Notes: generated by a model not told the origin, from the letters alone. A stretch of 64,000 bases of DNA from an uncultured Acidimicrobiia bacterium (GCA_963836205.1 CAWIIV010000014.1:32001-96000), one strand, 5' to 3'; shown: positions 34,021 to 44,212, numbered from the stretch's first letter. A program made the numbers and translations.

Positions 34021-34322
34021 GCAAACGGCGGCAGGTCCGCGTCTCGCCCTCCTTCTTCGACCGGCTCGACGAGCTACTTCCCGCTGAACGAAGTGCTTCC
34101 GGAGCACCTTCGACTGCGGACTTCCTCCTCCACGAGATCCCGCCACTCATCGACGTGCTCGCAGTGGACCATGAAGTGGCCACGCTGCAGGTCGAGGGCA
34201 TCCCTGGTGTCCGCGTGTTGATCGCCACTGGCGTTCTTGTCCGCCAACTGGCGCTCTTCACGCTCGTCGCCCCCGATGGGGCGATCGAGATCATCTATCT
34301 CGAGATCGACGACAGCACATAG
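34017..34322 (+). CDS. Small hypothetical protein, candidate RelE/ParE-like toxin
   Basis: 101 aa; beta-helix start RQVRVSPSFFDRLDEL and C-terminal beta strands DGAIEIIYLEID. Confidence 0.55.
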   Translation: MSKRRQVRVSPSFFDRLDELLPAERSASGAPSTADFLLHEIPPLIDVLAVDHEVATLQVEGIPGVRVLIATGVLVRQLALFTLVAPDGAIEIIYLEIDDST

Positions 34323-34416
34323 ACGGCCAATCCGAAGGCGGAGCGGAGTGCGACAGGCACTTCCGCTTGGCCGACGGCCGCGACGAACAACGGGCACGTC
34401 GGTGCCGGGCGTCGGG

Positions 34417-35325
34417 TCAGCCGAGATCGGTGGCCAGGCGGATGAAGGCGGGGCCGATGATGATGATGAACAGCGTCGGCATGATGCAGAACACGAGTGG
34501 GAAGATGACCTTGACGGGGAGCTTCATGGCTCGTTCCTCGGCCCGGAAGCGGCGCTTCTCCCGCTGCTCGGCGGATTGGGCCCGGAGCGTCTTCGAGATC
34601 GGGACGCCGTAGGCCTCGGCCTGGACCACGGCGTGGACGAACTGGCGGAGTTCGGGCACGTCGGTCCGGGCCAGCATGTTCGCCAACGCCTCGGTCCGGG
34701 GGACGCCGACCCGGAAGTCCTGCAGGAGCCGGCTGAGCTCGGCCGCGAGGGGGCCGCGGCCCGCTTTCGCGGAACGGGCCAGGGCCGCGTCGAAGCCCAG
34801 ACCGGCCTCCACGCAGATCGTGAGCTGGTCGAGCGTGTCGGGCAGCTCGGTGGCGATGCGGAGTTGGCGGGCGGCCGCCAGCCGGGAGATGACCACGTCG
34901 GGACCGAGGTAGCCGAAGATGCCGGCCGACACCGCGGCCAGGACGTGGGTCGCCGACGGGTCCCGCAACACCCAGACAACGCCGGCCGCCAGCAGCGGGC
35001 CGCCCAGGCCCAGCTTGATGACGAGCACCCGCTCGACGTGCCACTGCTTGCCCGCGGTCTGGATGCTCCGGTCGAGGCTGGCGACCATGCGCGACGGGCT
35101 CAGCGCCCGCGCCGGGCGGCCGACGAAGTGCATGAGCGGCCGGAGGATCCGCTCCGCCCACGACTGGGAGAGCACCATCCCTCGCAGGTCGGTCCCCGTC
35201 GCCAGGCCGGCCGTGAGGTTGCGGCTGACGGGACGGCGCGGCACCCGGTCGGCGGCGAGGACGAACCACAGGATCGGCAGCGACACAGCGAAGGCGACGA
35301 CTGCGGCGAAGACGTACAGGGGCAC
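34417..35325 (-). CDS. tadC: Tad pilus platform protein TadC (T2SSF)
   Basis: LPDTLDQLTICVEAGLGFDAAL, AEERAMKLPVK.IFP. Confidence 0.9.
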   Translation of the reverse strand: MPLYVFAAVVAFAVSLPILWFVLAADRVPRRPVSRNLTAGLATGTDLRGMVLSQSWAERILRPLMHFVGRPARALSPSRMVASLDRSIQTAGKQWHVERVLVIKLGLGGPLLAAGVVWVLRDPSATHVLAAVSAGIFGYLGPDVVISRLAAARQLRIATELPDTLDQLTICVEAGLGFDAALARSAKAGRGPLAAELSRLLQDFRVGVPRTEALANMLARTDVPELRQFVHAVVQAEAYGVPISKTLRAQSAEQREKRRFRAEERAMKLPVKVIFPLVFCIMPTLFIIIIGPAFIRLATDLG

Positions 35326-35337
35326 TGGTCGCTCCTC

Positions 35338-35435
35338 TCAGAAGACGGGCATGGTCAGAAGGCGGGCATGGTCAGAAGGCGGGCATGGTCAGAAGGCGGG
35401 CATGGTCAGAAGGCGGGCATGGTCAGAAGACGGGC
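35338..35435. repeat. 17-bp tandem repeat (5 full units + tadB 3' end)
   Basis: tcagaag(g/a)cgggcatgg at 35338, 35355, 35372, 35389, 35406. Confidence 0.97.
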
Positions 35436-36565
35436 TTGACGATCTTGCGCAGCCAGATTCCGCCCACGACCATGAGGACGGCCCCCGCCCCCACCAGGAC
35501 GTGGCCGGTTCCGGTGGTGAACAGCGGCTGCATGAAGTGCGGGTTGGTCGCCGCCACCATGCCCCCGAGGCCGAACGGCAGCACCATCAGCACCCAGGCC
35601 GATAGCCGGCCCTCGGCGCTGAGGGCCGACACCTGGCGCCGCACCCGGGTGCGGTCGCGGATGGTCTCCCGGACGGTGTCGAGGATCTCGGCCAGGTCGC
35701 CACCGACCTCCCGCTGGATCTCGATCGCCTGAACGACCCAGCTGAAGTCCTCGCTCCGGGCCCGGCCGGCGAGGGCCGAGAGCGACTCGACGAAGTCGCG
35801 GCCGAGCCGGGTCTCGATGGTGACCCGCTGGAACTCCTCCGACGTCGGCGACTCGGACTCCTTGGCCACCGTGTCGACCGCCTGGGCCAGCCCGTGGCCG
35901 GCCCGCAGGCTGCCGGCCATGAGCTCCAGGGTGTCCGCCAGCTGGGCGTCGAACTTCGACCGCCGCCGGCGGGCCAGCTGTTCGAGCACGACGCGCGCCA
36001 CCGCGGGGCTGGTGGCGGCGAGGAGGAGGCCGACGATAGCTCCCCCGAGGGCCCACCCGGCGGCCAGCAGGGCGAGGCCGCCGCTGGCCGTGGCCACGAA
36101 CAGCTCGCCGGGCCGGATGTCGAGACCGGCCGCCTCCAGTTGCGCACCGACCCGGGCATGGCCGCCACCCCGGCGCAGGACGGTCTCGCCGAACGCCTCC
36201 GCTCGCACCGCGGCACCGGACAGGTCGAGCCGGCGGCGGGCGAGGCCCCGGGCCCGGGGGGCCCAGACCGACGTGGTGGCCAGGGTGAGGGCGAAGAGGG
36301 AGATGGCGCACAGCGCCACGCCCATGACGAACGCCCACGAGCCGAGCTCCAACTGCCCGTCGTCGGCCGCGGCAGGGGGCGGGGCCGGTTGGGCGGCGGA
36401 CGCACCGGCGGCGACGACGCCCGCCGCCGACACCCGGGGGGACTCCTCGGCCGCGGCTGGGGCCGCGGCCGGTTGGGCGGCGGACGCACCGGCGGCCGCC
36501 CGCAGCGGGACGACCACCGCCACCGCGGCCAGCACGATCGCGGCCAGGCGGGCCCGGGTCCTCAC
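35423..36565 (-). CDS. tadB: Tad pilus platform protein TadB with low-complexity N-terminal extension
   Basis: [27 protein letters not shown]. Confidence 0.9.
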   Translation of the reverse strand: MRTRARLAAIVLAAVAVVVPLRAAAGASAAQPAAAPAAAEESPRVSAAGVVAAGASAAQPAPPPAAADDGQLELGSWAFVMGVALCAISLFALTLATTSVWAPRARGLARRRLDLSGAAVRAEAFGETVLRRGGGHARVGAQLEAAGLDIRPGELFVATASGGLALLAAGWALGGAIVGLLLAATSPAVARVVLEQLARRRRSKFDAQLADTLELMAGSLRAGHGLAQAVDTVAKESESPTSEEFQRVTIETRLGRDFVESLSALAGRARSEDFSWVVQAIEIQREVGGDLAEILDTVRETIRDRTRVRRQVSALSAEGRLSAWVLMVLPFGLGGMVAATNPHFMQPLFTTGTGHVLVGAGAVLMVVGGIWLRKIVKPVF

Positions 36566-37971
36566 CGCCGGACCGCCCGGACGGGCTCGGGGTCGGCCAG
36601 GAGGCGGGCGGGCACCGGCAGGCCGATGTCCTTGAGGTGGTCGGCGAAGGCGGGGCGCAGGCCGGTGGGGACGATCGACGAGCGGATCAGCCCGTCCTCG
36701 CCGATGCCTTCATTCCGGATGGTGAAGATGTCCTGGATGGTGATCACGCCGGACTCCATGCCGGTGACCTCGGTGAGGTGGGTCACCCGGCGGGTTCCGT
36801 CCCGCAACCGGGTCAGGTGGACGACGAGGTGGATGGCGGAGGCGATCTGCTCCCTGATGGCCCGGGACGGCAGGTCGATCCCGGCCATGAGGACCATCGT
36901 CTCCAGCCGGGCCATGGCGTCCCTCGGGGTGTTGGCGTGGAGGGTCGACATCGACCCCTCGTGGCCGGTGTTCATCGCCTGGAGCATGTCGAGGGCCTCG
37001 GCGCCGCGGACCTCACCCACCACGATGCGGTCGGGGCGCATCCGCAGGGCGTTGCGGACCAGGTCGCGGATGGTGACCTCGCCCCGGTTCTCGAGATTGG
37101 GGGGCCGGCCCTCCAGCCGGACGAGGTGGTCCTGGTGAAGCTGGAGCTCGGCCGAGTCCTCGATGGTGACGATGCGCTCGTCCTCCGGGATGAACGACGA
37201 CAGCACGTTGAGCAGGGTGGTCTTGCCCGTCCCGGTACCACCGCTGACCAGGATGTTGAGCCGGCCCAGCACACACAGGGAGAGGAGCTCGGCCACCGGC
37301 GGGGTGAACGTCCGCAGCCGGATGAGGTCGTCGACCACGTAGGGCTCGGCCGCGAACTTGCGGATGGTGACGGTGGGGCCGTCGAGGGCGAGCGGCGGGA
37401 GCACCGCGTTGACCCGGCTTCCGTCGGGCAGCCGGGCGTCGACCATCGGTGAGGACTCGTCGACCCGCCGGCCGACCTGGCCGACGATGCGCTCGATGAC
37501 CCGCCGGAGGTGGTCGTCGAACAGGAACCGGGCCGTGGTGGCGTACAGCCGGCCCGCCCGCTCGACGTAGATCGGCCGGGTGCCGGTGACCATGATCTCG
37601 CTCACACCGGGATCGGACAGGAACTGCTCCAGGGGTCCGTAGCCGAGCACGTCCTCGGTGATCTCGTCGAGGAGGCGGGCCCGCTCGGCGGACGAGAGGG
37701 GGGCGGGGTCGGCGAGGAGCACCGACGTGAGCTCCTCCTTCACCAGGCGGTGGAGCTGGTCCTCGGTGAGGTCGGCGCGGAACAGCCGCCCCCCGAGGCG
37801 GGTGTAGAGCGCCTCCTGGGCCCGCCGCTTGATGGCGAGGAGGGGGTCGACCGCCGACCGGGGGTCGGTGCCGCCGACGCGGCTGACGGCCAGGACGGGC
37901 GGCAGCTCGTCCGGTCCGCGCTCCGGGGGGAGGATGGCGCCCACCTGCTTCAGCCGCTCGTTCAGCTTCAT
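36562..37971 (-). CDS. cpaF: Tad pilus assembly ATPase CpaF/TadA
   Basis: [37 protein letters not shown]. Confidence 0.95.
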   Translation of the reverse strand: MKLNERLKQVGAILPPERGPDELPPVLAVSRVGGTDPRSAVDPLLAIKRRAQEALYTRLGGRLFRADLTEDQLHRLVKEELTSVLLADPAPLSSAERARLLDEITEDVLGYGPLEQFLSDPGVSEIMVTGTRPIYVERAGRLYATTARFLFDDHLRRVIERIVGQVGRRVDESSPMVDARLPDGSRVNAVLPPLALDGPTVTIRKFAAEPYVVDDLIRLRTFTPPVAELLSLCVLGRLNILVSGGTGTGKTTLLNVLSSFIPEDERIVTIEDSAELQLHQDHLVRLEGRPPNLENRGEVTIRDLVRNALRMRPDRIVVGEVRGAEALDMLQAMNTGHEGSMSTLHANTPRDAMARLETMVLMAGIDLPSRAIREQIASAIHLVVHLTRLRDGTRRVTHLTEVTGMESGVITIQDIFTIRNEGIGEDGLIRSSIVPTGLRPAFADHLKDIGLPVPARLLADPEPVRAVRR

Positions 37972-39215
37972 CTGCGGTCCTTTCGGGCGAGGCGTCGGGC
38001 GCCGGACTCGGGCGTGGGCAGGGGGGCGAACCGCTGGCCGAGCTCGGCGAAGGCGCGCGCCGCCGCCGACCGGGAATCGGAGTCGACGACCGGCGAGCCC
38101 TGGTTGATGGAGATCTGGATCGATCGCGACGTGGGGACGGACGTGCCGATGGGCATCCCGAGGGTCGCCTCGATGTCGCGCGCCGTCAGCCCGACCCGGT
38201 CGTCGGAGTGGTTCAGGACCAGGTGCCGGCGAGGTTTGGTCATGCCCAGCAGGTCGAGGACGTCGATCGCCTTGCGAAGGCCACGGACGCTCGGGACGTC
38301 GTTCATGCACACCAACACCAGGTCGGTCGAGCGCTCGGCGGCCGAAAGGGTGAACTCGTCGAGCCCGGCGGAGGTGTCGGCCACCACGTAGTCGAACTCG
38401 GACGCCAGCAGGTCGAGGATGTGGTCGGCGGTCGTCGCCGCGATCTCGTCCGCCTCGGCCGGGAAGTGCGGTCCCACCAAGGCGTACACGCCCGAGGAGT
38501 GCCGCTCGAGGAGGACCTTGAGGTTGGTGGCATCGAGGTGGGCCCCGGCCCGGGCGGCGTCGGCGATGGTCGACTGCGGTCCGATCCCGAGGCCGGTGGC
38601 GACGTCGCCGAACTGCAAATCGAGGTCGACGAGCGCGACCTTCCCGGTACCGGCCCTCCCGGGGCCGGCCTTGCCGGGGCCGAGGGCGGCCAGGGTGACG
38701 GCCAGGTTGATCGCCACCGTCGTCTTCCCGCAACCCCCCTTGGGCGACAGCACGGTGATCACCCGGCCGCGGCGCGATCCGTCGTGGCGGACCTCGGACG
38801 GCGCCTGGGTACGGCGGCGGTCAGCGCTTCCCCTCGCCCGGCCGAGCACCTCCCGGATCTCGTCGTCGTCGGCCCCCACCGAGATGATCTCCCGGACCCC
38901 GGCCTGGAGGGCCTGGGCCCAGAGGTGGGGCGTCGGCCGGGCCACCAGGACCACGCCGATCTCGGGCCGAAGGACGGCGAACGCCTCGGCCAGGGCCAGC
39001 CCCACCACGGCTGGGACTCCCGGCCCGATCACGACCAGGTCGGGACCGCAGCGGGCGATCTCGGCGAGCGAGGTCTCCGGGTCGGCCCAGGCCAGTTGGT
39101 CGTCCCAGCACCGCTTCGCCTCGAGCTCGCCGTCGAAGGCCCGCTTGACCTGGAGTTCGAACGTGGTGTCGGGCGTGACCAGGACGGTTCCGCCCACTGA
39201 TTCACCGCCGGTCAC
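37968..39215 (-). CDS. cpaE: CpaE/TadZ (REC-like + MinD/ParA ATPase)
   Basis: SPKGGCGKTT, VDLDLQFGDVA. Confidence 0.9.
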   Translation of the reverse strand: MTGGESVGGTVLVTPDTTFELQVKRAFDGELEAKRCWDDQLAWADPETSLAEIARCGPDLVVIGPGVPAVVGLALAEAFAVLRPEIGVVLVARPTPHLWAQALQAGVREIISVGADDDEIREVLGRARGSADRRRTQAPSEVRHDGSRRGRVITVLSPKGGCGKTTVAINLAVTLAALGPGKAGPGRAGTGKVALVDLDLQFGDVATGLGIGPQSTIADAARAGAHLDATNLKVLLERHSSGVYALVGPHFPAEADEIAATTADHILDLLASEFDYVVADTSAGLDEFTLSAAERSTDLVLVCMNDVPSVRGLRKAIDVLDLLGMTKPRRHLVLNHSDDRVGLTARDIEATLGMPIGTSVPTSRSIQISINQGSPVVDSDSRSAAARAFAELGQRFAPLPTPESGARRLARKDRR

Positions 39216-39919
39216 AAGTTCACCGCCGCCTTGGTGACCACCTGGGTACCGCCCTCACCGGAGGCCACCGGCTGCCAGGCCAGCCACAGCCGGCCGTGCT
39301 CGGCTCCGAACACGACCTTCTCCACCGACGGCGCGTCGAGGGCGAGGGTGACGAAGAGGTTGCCGACGGGCGAGGCGTCGGCCGACGTGGTCTGGAGGGA
39401 GATGCCGTCGGCGTCGCGGACGTCGGACACCAGCACCTTGTGGAGGATGATGTGGGTGGTCTCCGGCTCGTCGAAGGAGACCAGGACGGCGACGGTGTCA
39501 CCCTTGCGCACCTGCCCGCCCACCGACCGGACCGTTTCCATGGTGACCGTCACCTGGAGCATGCCCTCGGGCACGCCGGCCTGCTTCACCTCGGACGGCG
39601 ACGCGAACCGGCCCCGGACGAGCTGCTCGCCGGGGAGCAGGTCGACGACCGCGACCTGGCCCGCGAGGGGACCGGTGCTGGCCAGGGCACCGTCCGCCAC
39701 CACCCTCGTCGGCATCTTCTCGACCCGGACGAGGGCCCCGATCTCCTCCGCCTTGGTGCCCATGGGGATCGTCTCCGCGACCACCAGCACGTCCGCCAGC
39801 TCCTGGCCGCTGGTGGCCCGGTCGTCGGCGCCCCGGACGTAGACCACCAGGAGGGTGGCTCCGATGGCCGCCAGCACGACCGACGTCACGATCCCGATGA
39901 GCTTCTGGCGCTTGATCAT
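39212..39919 (-). CDS. cpaB: Flp pilus assembly protein CpaB/RcpC
   Basis: TM, SAF domain (VLVVAETIP.GT), GDTVAV. Confidence 0.88.
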   Translation of the reverse strand: MIKRQKLIGIVTSVVLAAIGATLLVVYVRGADDRATSGQELADVLVVAETIPMGTKAEEIGALVRVEKMPTRVVADGALASTGPLAGQVAVVDLLPGEQLVRGRFASPSEVKQAGVPEGMLQVTVTMETVRSVGGQVRKGDTVAVLVSFDEPETTHIILHKVLVSDVRDADGISLQTTSADASPVGNLFVTLALDAPSVEKVVFGAEHGRLWLAWQPVASGEGGTQVVTKAAVNL

Positions 39920-40040
39920 GGTCTTGGGCTCCTGGTTGGCGGCGGGCGCGGGGACGAAGGAGCCCGGCCGACGCCAGCGTTCGGGCACGGGTCCGACACG
40001 GTTCGCACTGTCCGATCCTCGGAAGATCGCCCGGCCGCCC

Positions 40041-40062
40041 CATCATCAGAATTGATGAATCG
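40041..40062. promoter_or_regulatory. Palindromic motif upstream of cpaB
   Basis: catcatcagaattgatgaat; second copy at 42954. Confidence 0.65.
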
Positions 40063-40093
40063 GGGCCGGTCACGGCACACGCCCGACGACGTG

Positions 40094-41656
40094 TCAGCCG
40101 ACGAGGTGGACCGGGTCACCGACGATGTTCACCGACCAGGTGGTGCGGTCGGTGGAGGTGGATCCCACCGTGTACCGGATCTGCCACCACACCCTCCCCC
40201 CGTACCCGGCGGGGTAGGTCGCGGGCAGCTTGATGCTGAGGGTGATCTTGCGGTCGTTGTACTTCGACGTACCGATCAGGCCGCTGTAGGGCTGGGCGCC
40301 GGTGCCGCTCACGTCGAGAAAGGTGACTCCCGTGCCGGAGCAGACCGAGCCCGACGGTGGGGTGGGGGGGTTGCACAGCGTGCTCCAGTCGAAGGTGGCC
40401 GGGGCCCCGGCCGGCGTCAGCACCTCGATCCTGGACGCACCCTCGCCCGAGTCGAACAGCTGCACCCGCATCGTCTTGCCCGCGTGGACGGCGTCGACCT
40501 GGCTCAGGTAGAAGGTGGCGGTCGAGCCCGCGGCCCCGCCCAGGCTGGCGTAGATCGACATGTCGGAGACGCCGTGGATCTGGGGGCAGCTGGCGGAGTA
40601 GCCGGGACTGCCGGAGATGGTGGTGCACAGCGAGAACGAGCTGCCGACGAAGGCCCGCAGGCCGAAGCCGTTGGAGGCCCGGCTCTCCCCCGTCTGGACC
40701 GACGTCTTCACCCGCAGGTAGTAGGTGCCCGCAGCCGGGCTGGTCCACGTGTGCATGCGGACCCAGGTGTTCTTGAAGGTGGCGTTGTTGGCGGCGGTGA
40801 CCGTGGTGGTGGTCAGCAGCGGGTTGTCCCCGGAGTCGAACGGGGTGTCGTCGGTGTCGTAGACCTCGTAGACCGTGCTCACGACCTGGTTCTCGGGGGC
40901 GAGTGAGGAGGTGAGGTTGAGGTCGGGGCTCGAGCCGACGTTGTCGTAGCCGGCGTCGTAGACCTCGAGCTTGAGCGACGGCTGGGCCGAGGGGACCCGG
41001 ATGGCGTAGAGGTAGCCGTCGGGGTCGTAGTCGGCGGTCTGGGCCGAGCCGTTGTTGCACTGGACCGCGGGCCCGGTGGCGATGGTGTACGACTCGTTCC
41101 GGGCCATCACCAGGTCGCCGCTCTCGTGCCCCGCGCAATACCCGTTCACCGCGGCCCAGAAGTTCTCGTCGTCGGCGGTGCCCGGGTTCAGGTTGCCGGT
41201 GCCGAAGGTGTTCTTGGGGCTGCCCAGGGGCACCTTCGTCACGTACTCGGCGGTGGCGGAGCGGGTGAGCGTCTGGCGGCCCCGAAAGACGCCGGAGAAG
41301 TACCGTGGAGCGTTGGTGTCGGTGATCGACACAGTCAGCCGCTGGAGGTTGGTCTCGTCCTGGGACACGTTCACGGTGATGGTGGAGGTGGGCCTGACCG
41401 CGTTCTGGGCGGCCTCGGCCAGGGCGACAGTGCGGGCCTGCTGGTAGTCCGGCATCCACACCACCCCGGCCAGGGCGGCGGCGTCGGCGGTGCGTTGGAG
41501 GTGGAGGCCGCGCGCGTACCAGCCCCCGACGTCGACGGAGAGGGCGGCAAAGATGATGAGCACGGGCAGGGCCACGGCCAGGATGACGATGACCGCCCCC
41601 TGCTCACCCCGACCGCGACCGCGGGTGGCCCCGACCGTCCTCCCACCCGTCGTCAC
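40094..41656 (-). CDS. TadG-like pseudopilin/adhesin
   Basis: EQGAV prepilin motif, DVG, LQRTADAAALAG; large Cys-containing extracellular domain. Confidence 0.85.
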   Translation of the reverse strand: MTTGGRTVGATRGRGRGEQGAVIVILAVALPVLIIFAALSVDVGGWYARGLHLQRTADAAALAGVVWMPDYQQARTVALAEAAQNAVRPTSTITVNVSQDETNLQRLTVSITDTNAPRYFSGVFRGRQTLTRSATAEYVTKVPLGSPKNTFGTGNLNPGTADDENFWAAVNGYCAGHESGDLVMARNESYTIATGPAVQCNNGSAQTADYDPDGYLYAIRVPSAQPSLKLEVYDAGYDNVGSSPDLNLTSSLAPENQVVSTVYEVYDTDDTPFDSGDNPLLTTTTVTAANNATFKNTWVRMHTWTSPAAGTYYLRVKTSVQTGESRASNGFGLRAFVGSSFSLCTTISGSPGYSASCPQIHGVSDMSIYASLGGAAGSTATFYLSQVDAVHAGKTMRVQLFDSGEGASRIEVLTPAGAPATFDWSTLCNPPTPPSGSVCSGTGVTFLDVSGTGAQPYSGLIGTSKYNDRKITLSIKLPATYPAGYGGRVWWQIRYTVGSTSTDRTTWSVNIVGDPVHLVG

Positions 41657-42249
41657 GTGTCCCTCGGCTCGAGGCGCATGACGGCCCGGTCGCGAAGGGT
41701 GAGCGTCGGCCCGAAGAACCCGAACGTCTGCGGATGGGTGACCTCCATCCACAGTCCGAGCTGGTCGGTCCCCATCCGCTGGATGTCCTGACGGGTGGTC
41801 GGGCACCAGTAGCGGTCGAGGGCGGCGGCGCCGCAGCCGAACCACGATGCGGGCGCGGAGCCGTCGACGACCTGGGCCAGCTGGGCGCCGGTGTAGACGT
41901 TGCACGACCCGGTCACGCTGTGAGGCGCGGGGCTGGTGCAGGCCGAAGGCACGGCACCGTCGGTCGCCGTCGACTTGTAGACGACGGCCCAGGTGACGTT
42001 GTCCAACCCGATGGGGTTGGCCGCCGACCCCACCCCCAGGAGCAGGTTCTTGTCGGCGGTGGCGGAGGCGCCCTCGCCGCTGCCGACCCGGACCCCCGAC
42101 CGGACCGCGGTCTGCACCGTGAGCTTGTCCTGCCACGCCAAGCCGAACTCGATGACCCCGAACACGAGCACCGCGATGACGGGCAGGGTGAGGGCGAATT
42201 CGGCGATCATCGCCCCCCGCTCGCCCCGGCACCGGCACCTGCGGCTCAC
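41653..42249 (-). CDS. TadE/TadF-like minor pilin
   Basis: ERGAMIAEFALTLP, GVIEFG. Confidence 0.88.
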   Translation of the reverse strand: MSRRCRCRGERGAMIAEFALTLPVIAVLVFGVIEFGLAWQDKLTVQTAVRSGVRVGSGEGASATADKNLLLGVGSAANPIGLDNVTWAVVYKSTATDGAVPSACTSPAPHSVTGSCNVYTGAQLAQVVDGSAPASWFGCGAAALDRYWCPTTRQDIQRMGTDQLGLWMEVTHPQTFGFFGPTLTLRDRAVMRLEPRDT

Positions 42250-42875
42250 GTCTTCGACCTCGGCTCGAGGCGGATGACGCTGGTGGAGGTGAGGGTGGCG
42301 GTGTGGCCGAAGATGCCGGTGAGCTCCGCCCGCTCCACCTCGACGTAGACGCCGACGTAGTCGGGCGGGCCGCCGCTGCCGGCGAGCGCCACCTTGCGCG
42401 CGGTCGGGCACCAGGAGGTGTCGATCTTGGCCGGCGTGCCGGTGCAGCCGAACACCTCGGAGGCCTGGGCCAGGTCGGCGCCGACGTAACGGTTGCAGGT
42501 ATTGCTCACGCTGCCGGTCTTGCATCCGTCCGGAACCGGGGTGCCCGGACCGGCCGCTCGGTAGACCACGATCGTCCGGATGTCGGAGGCGGGCACCCCT
42601 CCCGAACCCCGGCTGACCGCCTGGAGGACGTGGAAGTCGGCGAGGGCGTCGTTGCCCTCGGTCGAGCCGGCGCGGGCACCGCTCAGGCTCATGTTCGACA
42701 CGCTGAGGCGGCTGTAGATGAAGTAGGCGCCGTCCATCAGGGCCAGGATGAGAAGCAGGAGCACGGGCAGGACGAAGGCGGCCTCGACCACGACCGCGCC
42801 CCGCTGGTCGCGCCGGCGCCCGGGCGAACCCCGGCCCGATCCGGACCTCCGGGGCGTCCAAATCCGAACGTGCAC
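42246..42875 (-). CDS. TadE-like minor pilin
   Basis: QRGAVVVEAAFVLP. Confidence 0.88.
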   Translation of the reverse strand: MHVRIWTPRRSGSGRGSPGRRRDQRGAVVVEAAFVLPVLLLLILALMDGAYFIYSRLSVSNMSLSGARAGSTEGNDALADFHVLQAVSRGSGGVPASDIRTIVVYRAAGPGTPVPDGCKTGSVSNTCNRYVGADLAQASEVFGCTGTPAKIDTSWCPTARKVALAGSGGPPDYVGVYVEVERAELTGIFGHTATLTSTSVIRLEPRSKT

Positions 42876-42953
42876 GATGGGTTGCTCCCTCCGGCCAGGC
42901 GTCGGGCCTGACGCGCCTTTCCCCGGGTTGATCGGACGCGGGGCGCGACCGGG

Positions 42954-42975
42954 CATCGTCAAGATTGATGATTCC
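42954..42975. promoter_or_regulatory. Palindromic motif upstream of first tadE
   Basis: catcgtcaagattgatgatt; matches the 40041 motif. Confidence 0.65.
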
Positions 42976-43005
42976 GCCACCGGAAACGGGGCCCGGTGGC
43001 GGCGC

Positions 43006-43668
43006 TTAGGGCTGGTTGGGGGGCCAGCCCGCCTGGCGGGCGAGGGCGACTGCCGCCAGCTGGGACTTCACGCCCAGCTTGAGGAGGATGGCCCGGATCT
43101 GGCTGCGCACGGTGGATACCGAGACGAAGCTGCCGGCGGCGATCGCCTCCGCCTGCTCCCCGGACACCAACCGGGCCAGGACCTCCTGCTCCCGTCCGCT
43201 CAGGGACCAGAACGGGGCCAGGCGGTGGGACTCGTCGAGCCGGCGGGCCCGCAGCGCGGCCAACAGCCCGTCACGCTCTGCCGGGTCGAGGGCCGACTCG
43301 CCCCTCGCGGCCCGGGACACGGCGGTGAGGAGGTCGGGCAGACCCACCGCCTTGGAGACCACGCCCGCTGCCCCCGCCTCGAGGCAGGCCCCCAGCCGGG
43401 CCCGGTCGGTGACCCCCGTGACCATCACCACCGTCGCCCCCGCCGCCAGCAGTGGTCCGATCAGGTCGAGCCCGCTCCCGAGTGGCGGGCCGAGGTCGAG
43501 GTCGAGCAGCACCACGGCGGGCCTCGTCCGCCGGGCGTCGTCGAGCAGCGCCTCGGGCGTAGCGGCGGTGGCGACCTCCGCCTCCAGACCCTGCTGACGC
43601 AGGGCTGACGCCAGCATGCCGGCCACCAGCTCGTGGTCGTCGACGATGAGAATGGGCCCCGACGGAAT
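43006..43668 (-). CDS. NarL/LuxR family response regulator
   Basis: ILIVDD REC; LSGREQEVL..STVRSQI..KLGV HTH; no canonical start seen (ATT at 43668). Confidence 0.85.
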   Translation of the reverse strand: MPSGPILIVDDHELVAGMLASALRQQGLEAEVATAATPEALLDDARRTRPAVVLLDLDLGPPLGSGLDLIGPLLAAGATVVMVTGVTDRARLGACLEAGAAGVVSKAVGLPDLLTAVSRAARGESALDPAERDGLLAALRARRLDESHRLAPFWSLSGREQEVLARLVSGEQAEAIAAGSFVSVSTVRSQIRAILLKLGVKSQLAAVALARQAGWPPNQP

Positions 43669-43804
43669 GATGCAAGTATCCCGTTTTCGCGACCCGACCC
43701 CCCATTCCGGAGGGGTGCGCCTCAAGGCCGGCAGCCCCGGTGCCGATTGCAGAATGTAGGCACCGGCGTCAGCAGGCGCCACCAACGGACGACAGGGAGG
43801 CGCC

Positions 43805-44212
43805 ATGAAGACCGTCCTCGTCCTCGACGACGACGCCGACATCCGCGACGTGGTGACCTGGAAGCTCGCCCACGCCGGGTACGCGACCCAGGCCGCCGGC
43901 GACGGCAGGACGGGGCTGGCCCTGGCGCTCGACGGCGACGCATCCGGGACGCTCGCCGACCTCGTTCTCATCGACTGGACGATGCCCGGCCTGACCGGCA
44001 TCGAGATCTGCCGCCGTCTCCGGGCGAACCCGGCCACGGCTCGCCTGCCCATCATCATGCTGACCGCAAGGGCCCAGGAGACCGAGGTCGAGCGGGGCTT
44101 CGCCGCCGGCGCCGACGATTACATCAAGAAGCCGTTCAGCCCCCGGGAGATGCTCAGCCGGGTCCAAGCGGTGCTCGCCCGGTCCGAGATCCGGTCCGGG
44201 GTTCCGTCGTGA
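43805..44212 (+). CDS. Single-domain response regulator (PhoB-like REC)
   Basis: LDDD, DWTMP, IMLTAR, DDYIKKPF; GGAGG RBS. Confidence 0.9.
   Translation: MKTVLVLDDDADIRDVVTWKLAHAGYATQAAGDGRTGLALALDGDASGTLADLVLIDWTMPGLTGIEICRRLRANPATARLPIIMLTARAQETEVERGFAAGADDYIKKPFSPREMLSRVQAVLARSEIRSGVPS

Noticed and set aside
35338-35435. Short repeat as CRISPR or iterons
   Set aside because: Head-to-tail 17-mers with no spacers and no rep gene.
40094-42238. 714-aa TadG, plus other N-terminally extended ORFs (12169-14352, 36562-38733, 49125-52460, 43633-45243)
   Set aside because: The extensions are off-frame read-through of neighbouring genes in high-GC DNA; real starts lie at overlap or leaderless positions.
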